Shown: piece by piece, positions 44,774 through 53,771 of the stretch
Position numbering within the stretch: position 1 is the first letter of the stretch
How the letters are laid out: the number at the start of each line of letters is the position of its first letter
Assembly: GCA_016869645.1 (NCBI GenBank)
Contig: VGDO01000001.1
Coordinates: 73,957 to 137,956 of the forward strand
Length of the DNA: 64,000 bases
Direction: 5' to 3'
Source: Alphaproteobacteria bacterium
GTDB lineage: Bacteria; Pseudomonadota; Alphaproteobacteria; SHVW01
Notes under the pieces: model-generated
What the model saw: the letters and a program-made list of their open reading frames with translations, nothing else
Databases searched by the model: none
What the model was told of the DNA's origin: nothing
Position numbers and translations under genes: made by a program

Positions 44774-45775
44774 TCATTCCTCCTGGGCTTCCGCGACGAC
44801 CGGCCGGTCGTTCAGAGCATGGCAGGCGGCCCATCCGCCGTCGACCGTACGATAGCGCGGGGGCCGCTCGCGTTCGCAGATGGCGCCCAATTTTACCGGG
44901 CAACGCGTATGGAATGGGCAGCCGGTGGGCGGATTGATCGGGCTGGGAATCTCGCCGGTCAGCAAGATGCGCGACCGCCGGACACCCGGCTCGGCCTTGG
45001 GGATCGCCGAGATCAGCGCCTGGGTGTAGGGATGGCTCGGCGACCGCGTCACGTGGCGCCCAGGCCCCGCCTCGACCATCCGGCCGAGATACATGACGGC
45101 GACGCGCTGGCAGAAATAACCGACGACGCCGATGTCGTGGGCGATCAGGACGATGGTCAGGCCGAGACGGGACTGCAGCGACTTCAGCAGATTGAGAATC
45201 TGGGCCTGGATCGAGACGTCGAGCGCAGACACCGGCTCGTCGGCGACGATCAGTCGTGGGTTGAGCGCGAGCACGCGCGCGATGCCGATGCGCTGACGCT
45301 GCCCGCCGCTGAGCTGGTGCGGGTAGCGTTCCACGTGGCTGTCGCCCAGGCCGACCATTTCCAGCAGCTCGACTACTCGCCTGCGGCCGCGCGGCAGCCC
45401 ATGAGTGACCAGCGGTTCGTCCAGGATCTGCTCGACCCGCAGCCGTGGGTTGAGCGAAGACTTGGTGTCCTGGAAAACCATCTGCATGTTCCGGCGCACG
45501 GGGCCGAGCGCCGTCTCGTCGAGCTCGGTGATGTCGAGCCCGTCGAAGCGGATGCGTCCGGCGGTCGGCCGGTAGACGCGCAGGATGGTGCGCGCCAAGG
45601 TCGACTTGCCGCTGCCGCTCTCACCGACGATGCCGAACGTTTCGCCCGGCAGGATGGCAAACGACACGCCGTCGACCGCCTTCAGGGTCTCGACGCGCCG
45701 TCGCAACCAACCGCCACGCTTGACCGGGAAATGAGTGGCGACCCGCTCGACGGCGAGCAGCGGGCGCGGCGTCAT
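44774..45775 (-). CDS. ABC transporter ATP-binding protein (OppF-like)
   Basis: ATG at 45775 overlaps the upstream TGA (ATGA at 45772-45775). Walker [10 protein letters not shown], signature LSGGQRQR, GCPFHTRCP. Confidence 0.9.
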   Translation of the reverse strand: MTPRPLLAVERVATHFPVKRGGWLRRRVETLKAVDGVSFAILPGETFGIVGESGSGKSTLARTILRVYRPTAGRIRFDGLDITELDETALGPVRRNMQMVFQDTKSSLNPRLRVEQILDEPLVTHGLPRGRRRVVELLEMVGLGDSHVERYPHQLSGGQRQRIGIARVLALNPRLIVADEPVSALDVSIQAQILNLLKSLQSRLGLTIVLIAHDIGVVGYFCQRVAVMYLGRMVEAGPGRHVTRSPSHPYTQALISAIPKAEPGVRRSRILLTGEIPSPINPPTGCPFHTRCPVKLGAICERERPPRYRTVDGGWAACHALNDRPVVAEAQEE

Positions 45776-46806
45776 GCGTCGGCACCCACTGCGGTCGGTG
45801 TGCCCGGCAGTCCGAGTTCCGTCGCCCGGTGACAGGCGGCCAGGCGGCCGCCGCCGAGCTCCGTTGCCGCCGGATCCTGGTCGGAGCACAACGTCACGGC
45901 GTAGCGACAGCGCGGCCGGAAGCGGCAGCCCGGCTCGGGCTCGGTCAGCGCGGGCACCACGCCCTCGATCGTCTCGAGCGGCGAATCGTCCTGCTTCAGC
46001 GCAGGCATGCAACGCAGCAGGGCGCTCGTATAGGGATGGCGCGGGCGCGCGAACACGGCCGCCACCTCGGAATGCTCGACGATCCGGCCGGCATACATGA
46101 CGTAGACGCGCCGGCACATCTCCGCCACCACGGCGAGGTCGTGCGAAATCAGGATCATGGCGATGCCGGCCTGCTCGACGAGGCGCTGCAGCAGATCGAG
46201 GATCTGCGCCTGCACCGTGGCATCGAGCGCCGTCGTCGGTTCGTCCGCGATGAGCAGTTGCGGGCTGCACGAGATGGCCATGGCGATCAGCACGCGCTGC
46301 CGCATGCCGCCGGACAGCTGGAACGGATAGGCACGGGCGACGTGGCCGGGCGAGGCAATGCCGACGTGGTCCAGCAGCTCCAGCACGCGCACCTTGACTT
46401 GCCGCGCCGACAGCGTGCTGTGCCGGCGCAGGATGTCGCCGACCTGGCTGCCGATCGGGAACACGGGGTTGAGCGCCGAAAGCGGCTCCTGGAAGATCAT
46501 GGCCATGGCCGAGCCGCGCAGCCGGCGCCGCTCTTCGGCGCTGCGCCGGCACAGATCGTCGCCGCGGAAGCGGATTTCGCCGGCGATGACGCGCGCCGGC
46601 GGCGGCAGCAGCCCGAGCACCGAGTAGGCCGCCAGCGTCTTGCCGCAGCCGCTCTCGCCGACCAAGCCGATCACCTCGCCGGCATGCACCCGGAGGTCGA
46701 TGCCGTCGACCGCGCGCACCTCGCCCCGCCGCGTGGGAATCCACGTCTTCAGGCCGCGCACGTCCAGCAAGGGCTCAGAGGCGGTGCTGATAGGGGTCGA
46801 TAGCAT
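45772..46806 (-). CDS. ABC transporter ATP-binding protein (OppD-like)
   Basis: Walker A GESGCGKT, signature LSGGMRQR, HPYTSALLRC. The start (46806 or 46818) overlaps the end of the permease gene. Confidence 0.9.
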   Translation of the reverse strand: MLSTPISTASEPLLDVRGLKTWIPTRRGEVRAVDGIDLRVHAGEVIGLVGESGCGKTLAAYSVLGLLPPPARVIAGEIRFRGDDLCRRSAEERRRLRGSAMAMIFQEPLSALNPVFPIGSQVGDILRRHSTLSARQVKVRVLELLDHVGIASPGHVARAYPFQLSGGMRQRVLIAMAISCSPQLLIADEPTTALDATVQAQILDLLQRLVEQAGIAMILISHDLAVVAEMCRRVYVMYAGRIVEHSEVAAVFARPRHPYTSALLRCMPALKQDDSPLETIEGVVPALTEPEPGCRFRPRCRYAVTLCSDQDPAATELGGGRLAACHRATELGLPGTPTAVGADA

Positions 46807-47611
46807 CACGCAGACCATCCGCGAGAATCAGCAGAGAGAGCACGAGGGCGACGATGGCCACGCCTGACGACGTGGCGATCCAGGGGGCGTCGATGATGTG
46901 GTCGCGGCCGGCGGCGATGATGTTGCCGAACGAGGCCGCCGGAGGCGGCACGCCCAAGCCGACGAAGCTCAAGCTCGCCTCGGCGAGCACGGCGAAGGCG
47001 AAGGTTAGCGCGCCTTGCACGAGCATCGGCCCGGCGACATTGGGCAGAACGTGCCGGACCGCGATGGTGCGCGGCCGCACGCCGATCAAGCGGGCTGCCT
47101 CGACATAGGCCTCCTCCTTCACGACCAGCACCTTGCTGCGCACGATGCGCACGTAGATCGGCGCGAACGCCACGGTCAGCGCCACGATCGTGCTGGGAAT
47201 CCCGGCGCCGAGCGCGGCGATCAGTCCGAGCGCCAGAACCAGGTAGGGAAACGCCATCATGATGTCGGCTAGCCGCATCACCACCATGTCGAGCCAGCCG
47301 CCGAAATAGCCGGCCGAAATGCCGAGCACCGCGCCGATCAGGCCGGATAGCAGCACCACGGCAGCGCCGACGATCAGGGAGTTGCGCATGCCGAAGATCA
47401 TCCGGCTGAGCAGGTCGCGGCCATACTCGTCGGTGCCGAGCGGGAATCCCGCGGATGGCGGCGCCAGGGTCGCGCGCAGATTCTGCAGGTTGGGATCCTT
47501 GGGCGCCAGGACAGGCGCCAGCACCGCGATTGCAATCGCCGCCAGAATGAGCGCTGCCGCCAGCGCCAGGACCGGGCTGCGCCGCAACTCGATGAAGAAC
47601 GAGTCCAACAT
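46775..47611 (-). CDS. ABC transporter permease (OppC-like)
   Basis: 278 aa with PLGTDEYGRDLLSRM and C-terminus DAIDPYQHRL. Confidence 0.9.
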   Translation of the reverse strand: MLDSFFIELRRSPVLALAAALILAAIAIAVLAPVLAPKDPNLQNLRATLAPPSAGFPLGTDEYGRDLLSRMIFGMRNSLIVGAAVVLLSGLIGAVLGISAGYFGGWLDMVVMRLADIMMAFPYLVLALGLIAALGAGIPSTIVALTVAFAPIYVRIVRSKVLVVKEEAYVEAARLIGVRPRTIAVRHVLPNVAGPMLVQGALTFAFAVLAEASLSFVGLGVPPPAASFGNIIAAGRDHIIDAPWIATSSGVAIVALVLSLLILADGLRDAIDPYQHRL

Positions 47612-47617
47612 CGCCGG

Positions 47618-48565
47618 TCAGGCCTTGCCGACCCGGGGATCGATCACCGCGTACAGCAGATCGACGCATAGATTGGCGATCGAGAACACCAGCACCGTAA
47701 CGAGCATGGCGCCCTGAACCAACGGGTAGTCCCGCGACAGCACGGCGTTGACCAGCAGGCGACCCATGCCGGGAATGGCGAACACGCTCTCGACGACCAG
47801 CGCGCCGCTCATCAGGTAGCCGATCTGGATGCCGATCACCGTGATGGTCGGGATCAACGCGTTGCGCATCGCGTACTTGTAGAGTAACAGGGTCTCGGTC
47901 AACCCGCCGGCGCGCGCGGTGCGCACGTAGTCCTGGTGCAACACCTCGATCAGGCTGTTACGGGTCGTCTCCATGATCATCGCGGCATAGGCCGAGCCGA
48001 GCGCGGCCGCCGGCAGGATCATGTGGCGCACATGGTCGACGGCGCTCTGGCGCGGCGAAACGTAGCCGAACACCGGCAACCACTGCAGCACCACGCCAAA
48101 CAACAGGACCAGCATGAGGCCGAGCCAGAAGCTCGGCATCGCCAGGCCGATCAGCGCCACGAACCGGCCGCCATAGTCGATCGCCGTGCCGCGGCGGGTT
48201 GCCGAGATGACGCTGACTGGGATTGCGATCAGCACGGCGAATGAGAGCGCATAGAGCCCGAGCAGCAGCGTGATTGGTAGACGTTCGCCGAGCAGCGAGG
48301 CAACGCTCTGGCTGAGCAGGATCGATCGCCCGAGGTCGCCCTGAATCGCACGGCCGAGCCAGAGCAGGTACTGATGCACCAGAGGGTCGTCGAGACCGAG
48401 TTGCTCGCGCAGCTTGGCGACCGCCTCGGGTGTTCCCTCCGGCCCGAGCATGGCGCGTGCCGGGTCGCCGGGAATCACGTGCAGGATGGCGAAGATGACG
48501 ATGGTCGAGCCGAACAGCACGAAAGCCGCCCAGCCCAGACGCTCGACGAAGTAACGGAGATTCAT
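47618..48565 (-). CDS. ABC transporter permease (OppB-like)
   Basis: 315 aa with MNLRYFVERLGWAAFVLFGSTIVIFAILHVIPGDPA and C-terminus DPRVGKA. Confidence 0.9.
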   Translation of the reverse strand: MNLRYFVERLGWAAFVLFGSTIVIFAILHVIPGDPARAMLGPEGTPEAVAKLREQLGLDDPLVHQYLLWLGRAIQGDLGRSILLSQSVASLLGERLPITLLLGLYALSFAVLIAIPVSVISATRRGTAIDYGGRFVALIGLAMPSFWLGLMLVLLFGVVLQWLPVFGYVSPRQSAVDHVRHMILPAAALGSAYAAMIMETTRNSLIEVLHQDYVRTARAGGLTETLLLYKYAMRNALIPTITVIGIQIGYLMSGALVVESVFAIPGMGRLLVNAVLSRDYPLVQGAMLVTVLVFSIANLCVDLLYAVIDPRVGKA

Positions 48566-48590
48566 TGCCCGCCGCGCATCCCCGAGGATA

Positions 48591-48629
48591 CGCGCCGCTC
48601 CCTGCCCGTCCCGGGCAGGGAGCGGCGCG
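48591..48629 (-). terminator. 18-bp perfect GC-rich hairpin (3-nt loop) between the SBP and first permease genes
   Basis: Base pairs checked one by one: 48591-48608 pairs with 48612-48629, loop tcc. It starts 12 nt after the SBP stop (48641) on the transcribed strand. No U-tract follows. Confidence 0.6.
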
Positions 48630-48640
48630 CGACTGGAACG

Positions 48641-50197
48641 TTAGGCCAGCCAGGCCTCGTCGTAGGGTCCTGCCGCCTCGTCGCGGAAGCGGTAGCCCTG
48701 GACGTTCTTGCGCATGCCTTCGATCAGCCTGGGATGAACCAGGAAGGCCACGTAGCATTCCTCCATCAGGATGCGATTGACACGGTTGTACATGTCGGCG
48801 CGGCGCTCGACGCTCTGCTCGACGCGCGCCTGCTTGAGCAGTTCATCGACCTGCGGATGTGAGTAGCTGCCGAGGTTCTGCGTCTCGCCGGTCACATATT
48901 GCTTGTACATCATGCCGTCCGGATCGACTGCGCCGGCCGACCAGGCCGAGTTGCCGAACCAGTAATCCTTCGTCCCGTAAAAATACTTGGCGAAGGTGTT
49001 GAAGTCGGGCTTCTGGATCTTCAGCTTGACGCCGAGCGCGCTCACTTGCGCGGCGATTGCGTCGCCGACCAGTCCCCACGGGCGTTCGGTGAATGTGTCG
49101 AAGCGCAGCTCGGCGCCGAACGGAAAATCGGCCTGCTTCAGAAGGGCCTTCGCCCGCTCGGGGTCGTACTTTTGGAACGGGATGTCCGAATTGTCGCGAT
49201 GGAAGGCGGCGAACGCCGGCGAGATCGCACCTTGGGCCGGCAGCGCCTGGCCGCGATAGACGCCTTGAACAATGCCTTCCCGGTCGATAGCCAACGAGAA
49301 CGCCTGACGCACCAGCTTGTTGTCGAACGGCGCCTTCGCCGTGTTGAACGCCAGATAGTCGTAGATGGTCGACGGCGTGGTCATCAACTGAAGATCGCGG
49401 TTGTTGCGAATCTGGTCGGCGAAAGTCGGACTGGTCTGCATCATGTAATCGAGACCGCCGGTCTGCAGCGCCGCCAACTGGGTCGATTGCTCGGGCATGA
49501 TGCGGACCTCGATCCCGTCGAGATGCGCCGGCCCGCGCCAATGGTCCTTGAAGCGCTCGAGCACGACCTTGTCGCCGCGCGTGTAGGACACGAACCGAAA
49601 CGGTCCCGTGCCGATCGACGCCTTGAAGGGATCCTGCGCCATGTGCTCCTTGATGGCCTTGGGCGAGATCACGCTGAAGTAGGACCGCCGCAACACACCC
49701 AGCACGGGCGAGAAGGGCTGCTTCAGGGTGATGCGCAGGCTGTGCTTGTCGAGAATTTCGATCTTGTCGATGACGGCGAAGTCGGCGCGTTTCGGCGACG
49801 CTGTGTTGGCGTCGGCCAGTCGATCGAGGTTGGCTTTGACCGCCTCGGCGTCGAGTTCGGTCCCGTCGTGGAAGCCGACGCCCCGGCGCAGGCGGAAGAC
49901 ATAGGTCGTGGCGTTCGGCTGTTCCCAGCTCTCGGCCAAGTCGGGCTCGACCTTGCGGCTGGCATCGACGTTGACCAGCCCGTTGTATGCCTGGTAGCCG
50001 ATCCGCGTGGTCAGCAATGAGCGGATACGGTGAAGGTCGAACGCAGGTGCGAACGGCTCTTCGGATGTCGCGACTCTGAGCACGCCGCCCCGTTTCGGCT
50101 GCTGCGCCAGAGCGCCTGAGCCGGCGGTCGACGCCAGCGCCGCGGCTGCCGTACCTGCCGCAACGAACTCCCGCCTGGTGAGACCCGATGTCGTCAT
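48641..50197 (-). CDS. ABC transporter substrate-binding protein, family 5, Tat-type signal
   Basis: ATG at 50197: MTTSGLTRREFVAAGTAAAALASTAGSGALAQ. 518 aa. Confidence 0.9.
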   Translation of the reverse strand: MTTSGLTRREFVAAGTAAAALASTAGSGALAQQPKRGGVLRVATSEEPFAPAFDLHRIRSLLTTRIGYQAYNGLVNVDASRKVEPDLAESWEQPNATTYVFRLRRGVGFHDGTELDAEAVKANLDRLADANTASPKRADFAVIDKIEILDKHSLRITLKQPFSPVLGVLRRSYFSVISPKAIKEHMAQDPFKASIGTGPFRFVSYTRGDKVVLERFKDHWRGPAHLDGIEVRIMPEQSTQLAALQTGGLDYMMQTSPTFADQIRNNRDLQLMTTPSTIYDYLAFNTAKAPFDNKLVRQAFSLAIDREGIVQGVYRGQALPAQGAISPAFAAFHRDNSDIPFQKYDPERAKALLKQADFPFGAELRFDTFTERPWGLVGDAIAAQVSALGVKLKIQKPDFNTFAKYFYGTKDYWFGNSAWSAGAVDPDGMMYKQYVTGETQNLGSYSHPQVDELLKQARVEQSVERRADMYNRVNRILMEECYVAFLVHPRLIEGMRKNVQGYRFRDEAAGPYDEAWLA

Positions 50198-50600
50198 GAT
50201 CCATTCCTCCCTGATGGCCCGTAGACCGGCTGTCCTGGAGCGCTGAGCCGGCTCATGCTGCGCGCGGATGGTAAGCGCCGCTCCGGTGGTCGATTCTACC
50301 GTCGAACGGTAGCCGCCGCCCCGGCGCCTTGCAATGGCGCGCCCGAGACCCGAATGTGCGCCGCAAAGCAATGGGCAATACGGCCGCCCTGTAGACTCTG
50401 GCGCAGCCTCAACTCGTCAGCGCGGCTCAAACGAAAGTGCATCAGCTCGCTTGCCGCAAACTATGCGCGCCGATGTCCGGTAGGACGTCCGAACCCCAAC
50501 TTCGCACGCCAATCTTGCAGATCCTCAATTGCCGTCGCTTTTGCTACGATCACCCGACGCAAGTCCGCGCCGTCGCGGAACGAGGCACGAGGATGATCCC

Positions 50601-51038
50601 ATGAAGAAACGCACGGGCGATCCCTGGATGCCGGCGCCCGAATTCGGGCGGACGCTGAAGGGACTCCGCGTCAATCTGATCGTGCGTGACGTGGCGCGCG
50701 CGATCGACTTCGCGCGGACGGTACTGGCGGCCAGCGTCGTATATGCCGATCCCGATTTCGCCGTGCTGCGCCACGACGGCGCGGAGTGGCTGCTCCACGC
50801 AGACCACACCTACGACAAGCACCCGCTCTACGGCTCGCTCAGCAGCGGCGACGTGCGCGGCATCGGCGCCGAACTCCGCCTGCACGGCCGCGACCCTGAC
50901 GCGGCCGAGGCCGCGGCGCGCCAGGCCGGCTACACCGTGCTGGCCGGCAGCATGGACAAGCCCCATGGGCTCCGCGAGGCCTATATCCTCGATCCGGACG
51001 GCTATTGCTGGGTGCCAGACGTGCCTATCGGGCGCTGA
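50601..51038 (+). CDS. VOC (glyoxalase/bleomycin-resistance/dioxygenase) family protein
   Basis: ATG at 50601. 145 aa with LRVNLIVRDVARAIDFARTVL ... EAYILDPDGYCWV, a typical beta-alpha-beta-beta-beta module ending. Confidence 0.7.
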   Translation: MKKRTGDPWMPAPEFGRTLKGLRVNLIVRDVARAIDFARTVLAASVVYADPDFAVLRHDGAEWLLHADHTYDKHPLYGSLSSGDVRGIGAELRLHGRDPDAAEAAARQAGYTVLAGSMDKPHGLREAYILDPDGYCWVPDVPIGR

Positions 51039-51051
51039 TCCGTCCGCCGCC

Positions 51052-52008
51052 ATGTCCATGACCTTCAAGCAGTTCGAGGCGCTCTATTGGGTAGCGCGGC
51101 TGGGCAGCTTTCATGCGGCAGCGCGGCACCTGAAGACGAGCCAGCCGACCATCTCGGCGCGCATTCGCGAGCTCGAGCGCGGCCTCGGCGTCGAGCTGTT
51201 CGATCGTTCCCAGCGCAACGCCCGTGCCAACGCCAAGGGCCGCGAGCTGTTGCGCTATGCCGAGCAGATCATGCAACTGGGTTCGGAGATCCAGCAGCGC
51301 GTCGGCACGCGCGACACGCTTTCGGGTCGCGTGCGCCTCGGCATCACCAGCGTGCCGGCTGCGACCTGGCTGCCCCAACTCGTGCGCCGTTTGGCGCAAG
51401 CCTATCCGGGCATCATGCTGGAGTTCACTGTCGACACCAGCGAACGCATGCGTGACCTGCTCGGCGACGGCGAACTCGATGTCGCATTCCTGTCGGGCTC
51501 TTTGCCAGGCAGTTCGCACCTGACCGCCGAACCCGTTGGCAATGTCGAGCTGGCTTGGCTGGCTGCACCCGGCATGGGCCTGCCACTCCATCATGCCCAA
51601 GGAAGCAGTGTGGCGCGCATGACGCCGGTCGATCTCGCGGCCAGTCCAATCATTACCGATCTGCCCGGCAGCCAGCTTCACGCGATCGGCGAGGCATGGT
51701 TCGCAAGCGGCGGAGTGAAACCCGAACGCCACCACGCCTGCTCGAGCCTGATCGGCCGTATCCGGCTTGCCGTCGAGGGCATGGGCGTCGCGCTCGCTGC
51801 ACCGGCTGCCGCCGCCCGCGAAATCGCGGAGGGCGCGTTGCGCGTGCTCGCGGCCGATCCACCGCTGCAGCCGCTGGAATATGTGCTGGCCTCCTCGGCG
51901 CTCGCCCTGTCGCCCGCGGTGCAGGCGGTTTCGAACATGGCGCGCGAACTGATCGCCGAAAAACCCGGCATTCAATTGTATTACTCGGCCGCGCGACCGC
52001 CGGCCTGA
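51052..52008 (+). CDS. LysR-family transcriptional regulator
   Basis: ATG at 51052. FKQFEALYWVARLGSFHAAARHLKTSQPTISARIRELERGLGVELFDR is a canonical LysR HTH. Confidence 0.9.
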   Translation: MSMTFKQFEALYWVARLGSFHAAARHLKTSQPTISARIRELERGLGVELFDRSQRNARANAKGRELLRYAEQIMQLGSEIQQRVGTRDTLSGRVRLGITSVPAATWLPQLVRRLAQAYPGIMLEFTVDTSERMRDLLGDGELDVAFLSGSLPGSSHLTAEPVGNVELAWLAAPGMGLPLHHAQGSSVARMTPVDLAASPIITDLPGSQLHAIGEAWFASGGVKPERHHACSSLIGRIRLAVEGMGVALAAPAAAAREIAEGALRVLAADPPLQPLEYVLASSALALSPAVQAVSNMARELIAEKPGIQLYYSAARPPA

Positions 52009-52026
52009 CCGAATACCCTATCAAGT

Positions 52027-52045
52027 TGATCAATAAGTTTTATCA
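52027..52045. promoter_or_regulatory. LysR-type T-N11-A box: TGAT-N11-ATCA
   Basis: tgat caataagtttt atca, read directly. AT-rich patch 19 nt after the LysR stop and about 105 nt upstream of the SBP gene start (52151). Confidence 0.4.
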
Positions 52046-52055
52046 GACACCCACA

Positions 52056-52070
52056 AAATCAGCCTGATTT
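52056..52070. promoter_or_regulatory. 7-bp inverted repeat AAATCAG-c-CTGATTT
   Basis: Read directly. Shares the ATCAG half-site with the T-N11-A box 10 nt upstream. Confidence 0.35.
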
Positions 52071-52080
52071 GGCAAGAATT

Positions 52081-52109
52081 CTTGACCGGTCCGCGGACCG
52101 GGTGAAATC
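52081..52109 (+). promoter_or_regulatory. candidate promoter: CTTGAC (-35) with weak -10 (TGAAAT), containing a 16-nt perfect palindrome CCGGTCCGCGGACCGG (52086-52101) in the spacer
   Basis: CTTGAC at 52081-52086 matches the alphaproteobacterial -35 consensus as I recall it. The -10 match is only 4/6. The palindrome was read directly. Confidence 0.25.
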
Positions 52110-52150
52110 TGCCCCCAGAGATCCGAGAGATCACAGGGAGGACTGCTTCC

Positions 52151-53695
52151 ATGACCGCGCATCGCTCCTGGATTCCAGCGCTCGCTCTTGCGGCCTTTCT
52201 CGCACTCGCTCCCGCAGGCTTCCCGGCAGATGCCTCCGAGTTGCGCGTCGGCTACTCGAGCGACGCCGTCACGCTCGATCCGGCGAACCATCGCAGCCGC
52301 GTCACGGAAGGGATCATTCTCAACATGTACGACGCGCTGCTGGCGCGCACCGACGACATGCGCGTGGTGCCCGAGCTCGCGGAATCCTGGTCGCAGATCA
52401 ATCCAACGACCTACGAGTTCAAGCTGCGCCGCGGCGTCAGGTTTCACAGCGGCGACGAGATGACGGCCGACGACGTCAAGTACACCTACGACCGGCTGAC
52501 CAAGCCGAACGCCATGGGCGGACAGACCAGCCCGCGTCAGAGCCTGGTCGGCCCACTCAAGGATACGGAGATCGTCGACAAGTACACCGTGCGTTTCGTG
52601 CTGCGGGAGCCTTGGCCGATCTTCACGGCCTATGTGCCGTTCAACCAGATCGTCAGCAAGAGCTTCACCGAGAAGGTCGGCACACCTGCCATGGCGACCC
52701 AGGCGAACGGTACGGGTCCCTTCAAGCTCGTCGAGTGGCGGCGCGGCGATGCCGTGATTCTCGAGCGGTTCGCCGTCTACTACGGCGGATCGCCCGACCT
52801 GCCGCCGGTGGGGCCTGCCCGGGTCGACCGCGTCATCTTCAAGATCATTCCCGAGACCGCCTCGCGCGTCGCGGCACTCCTCGCCGGCGAGGTCGACATC
52901 ATCGACGAGCTGCCCCATCACGCGATCAAGCAGCTCCAGGCCAACCCCCGGACCAAGGTGCTGGCGACCAACGGCACGCGCAGCTTCTTCATGCCGCTGA
53001 ACAACACGCGGCCGCCCTTCAACGACAAGCGCGTGCGCCAGGCGGCTAATCACGCCGTCGATCGCAAGTTGGTCATCGACCGCATCCTGAGCGGTCTCGC
53101 CGTGCCGCTCGATGGAATCATCAGCCCGCAATCCTACGGCTTCAACGCCAACCTCAAGAACTACGACTACAGCACCGACAAGGCGAAGCGACTGCTGGCG
53201 GAAGCCGGCCACCCGAACGGCATCGACGTGACGCTCGACGTCGACAATCCGTTCAAGGATCAGGCCGAGGCGCTTGCCCAGATGCTGACGCGCGCCGGCA
53301 TCAGAACGAAGGTGCAGATCTGGGAGCGCACAGCCATGGCCGACCTGTGGAAGAACCCGCAGACCAACGGCCGCGACATGACGTTCCAGTCCTGGGGCGA
53401 TGGTGCGCTCGATCCGGTCGGCATCTTCGTGCCGGTCCTGCGCACGAAGGATCGCGGCAACTACTCGGGCTACGGCAATCCGGAGGTCGACAAGCTGCTC
53501 GATGCCGCCAACACCGAGACCGACACCGCAAAGCGCTCGGCGATGTACCAGCAGGCTCAGGCCATCGTCAACGACGAGGCGCCGCTGATCTTCCTGTGGC
53601 TGCCGCAGGACGTCTATGGGGCCTCGGCACGGCTCAAGGGCTGGCAGCCGAGCCCGCGTGGCGTCATCAAGCTGCATGAGGCCGCGGTGGATTGA
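52151..53695 (+). CDS. ABC transporter substrate-binding protein, family 5
   Basis: AGGGAGGA SD. Signal peptide MTAHRSWIPALALAAFLALAPAGFPADA. 514 aa. Confidence 0.9.
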   Translation: MTAHRSWIPALALAAFLALAPAGFPADASELRVGYSSDAVTLDPANHRSRVTEGIILNMYDALLARTDDMRVVPELAESWSQINPTTYEFKLRRGVRFHSGDEMTADDVKYTYDRLTKPNAMGGQTSPRQSLVGPLKDTEIVDKYTVRFVLREPWPIFTAYVPFNQIVSKSFTEKVGTPAMATQANGTGPFKLVEWRRGDAVILERFAVYYGGSPDLPPVGPARVDRVIFKIIPETASRVAALLAGEVDIIDELPHHAIKQLQANPRTKVLATNGTRSFFMPLNNTRPPFNDKRVRQAANHAVDRKLVIDRILSGLAVPLDGIISPQSYGFNANLKNYDYSTDKAKRLLAEAGHPNGIDVTLDVDNPFKDQAEALAQMLTRAGIRTKVQIWERTAMADLWKNPQTNGRDMTFQSWGDGALDPVGIFVPVLRTKDRGNYSGYGNPEVDKLLDAANTETDTAKRSAMYQQAQAIVNDEAPLIFLWLPQDVYGASARLKGWQPSPRGVIKLHEAAVD

Positions 53696-53771
53696 CACTT
53701 TGACGCGCCGGTCGTCGCATCGGGCGTCGAGTTCCAGATGACATGAGCAGCGCGTTTGCCGCGGTATCGGC

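Noticed and set aside
44774-46744. Apparent giant fused ORFs, such as 44774..46744 (656 aa), 54820..56691 (623 aa), 3361..5832 (823 aa), 29073..30500 and 29876..31537.
   Set aside because: Only the C-terminal part of each matches a protein family. The N-terminal extensions overlap the upstream gene in another frame. Internal ATG/GTG starts that overlap the upstream stop codon (ATGA/GTGA) give normal-length proteins.
50198-50600. The 403-nt spacer between the Opp-type SBP gene (-) and the VOC gene (+) as a possible riboswitch or sRNA locus. It contains the palindrome CTACCGT-cga-ACGGTAG at 50296-50312.
   Set aside because: I could recognise no known riboswitch consensus by eye, and there is no strong terminator-like structure. 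The short palindrome alone is insufficient evidence. Worth an Rfam/Infernal scan, but I make no claim.
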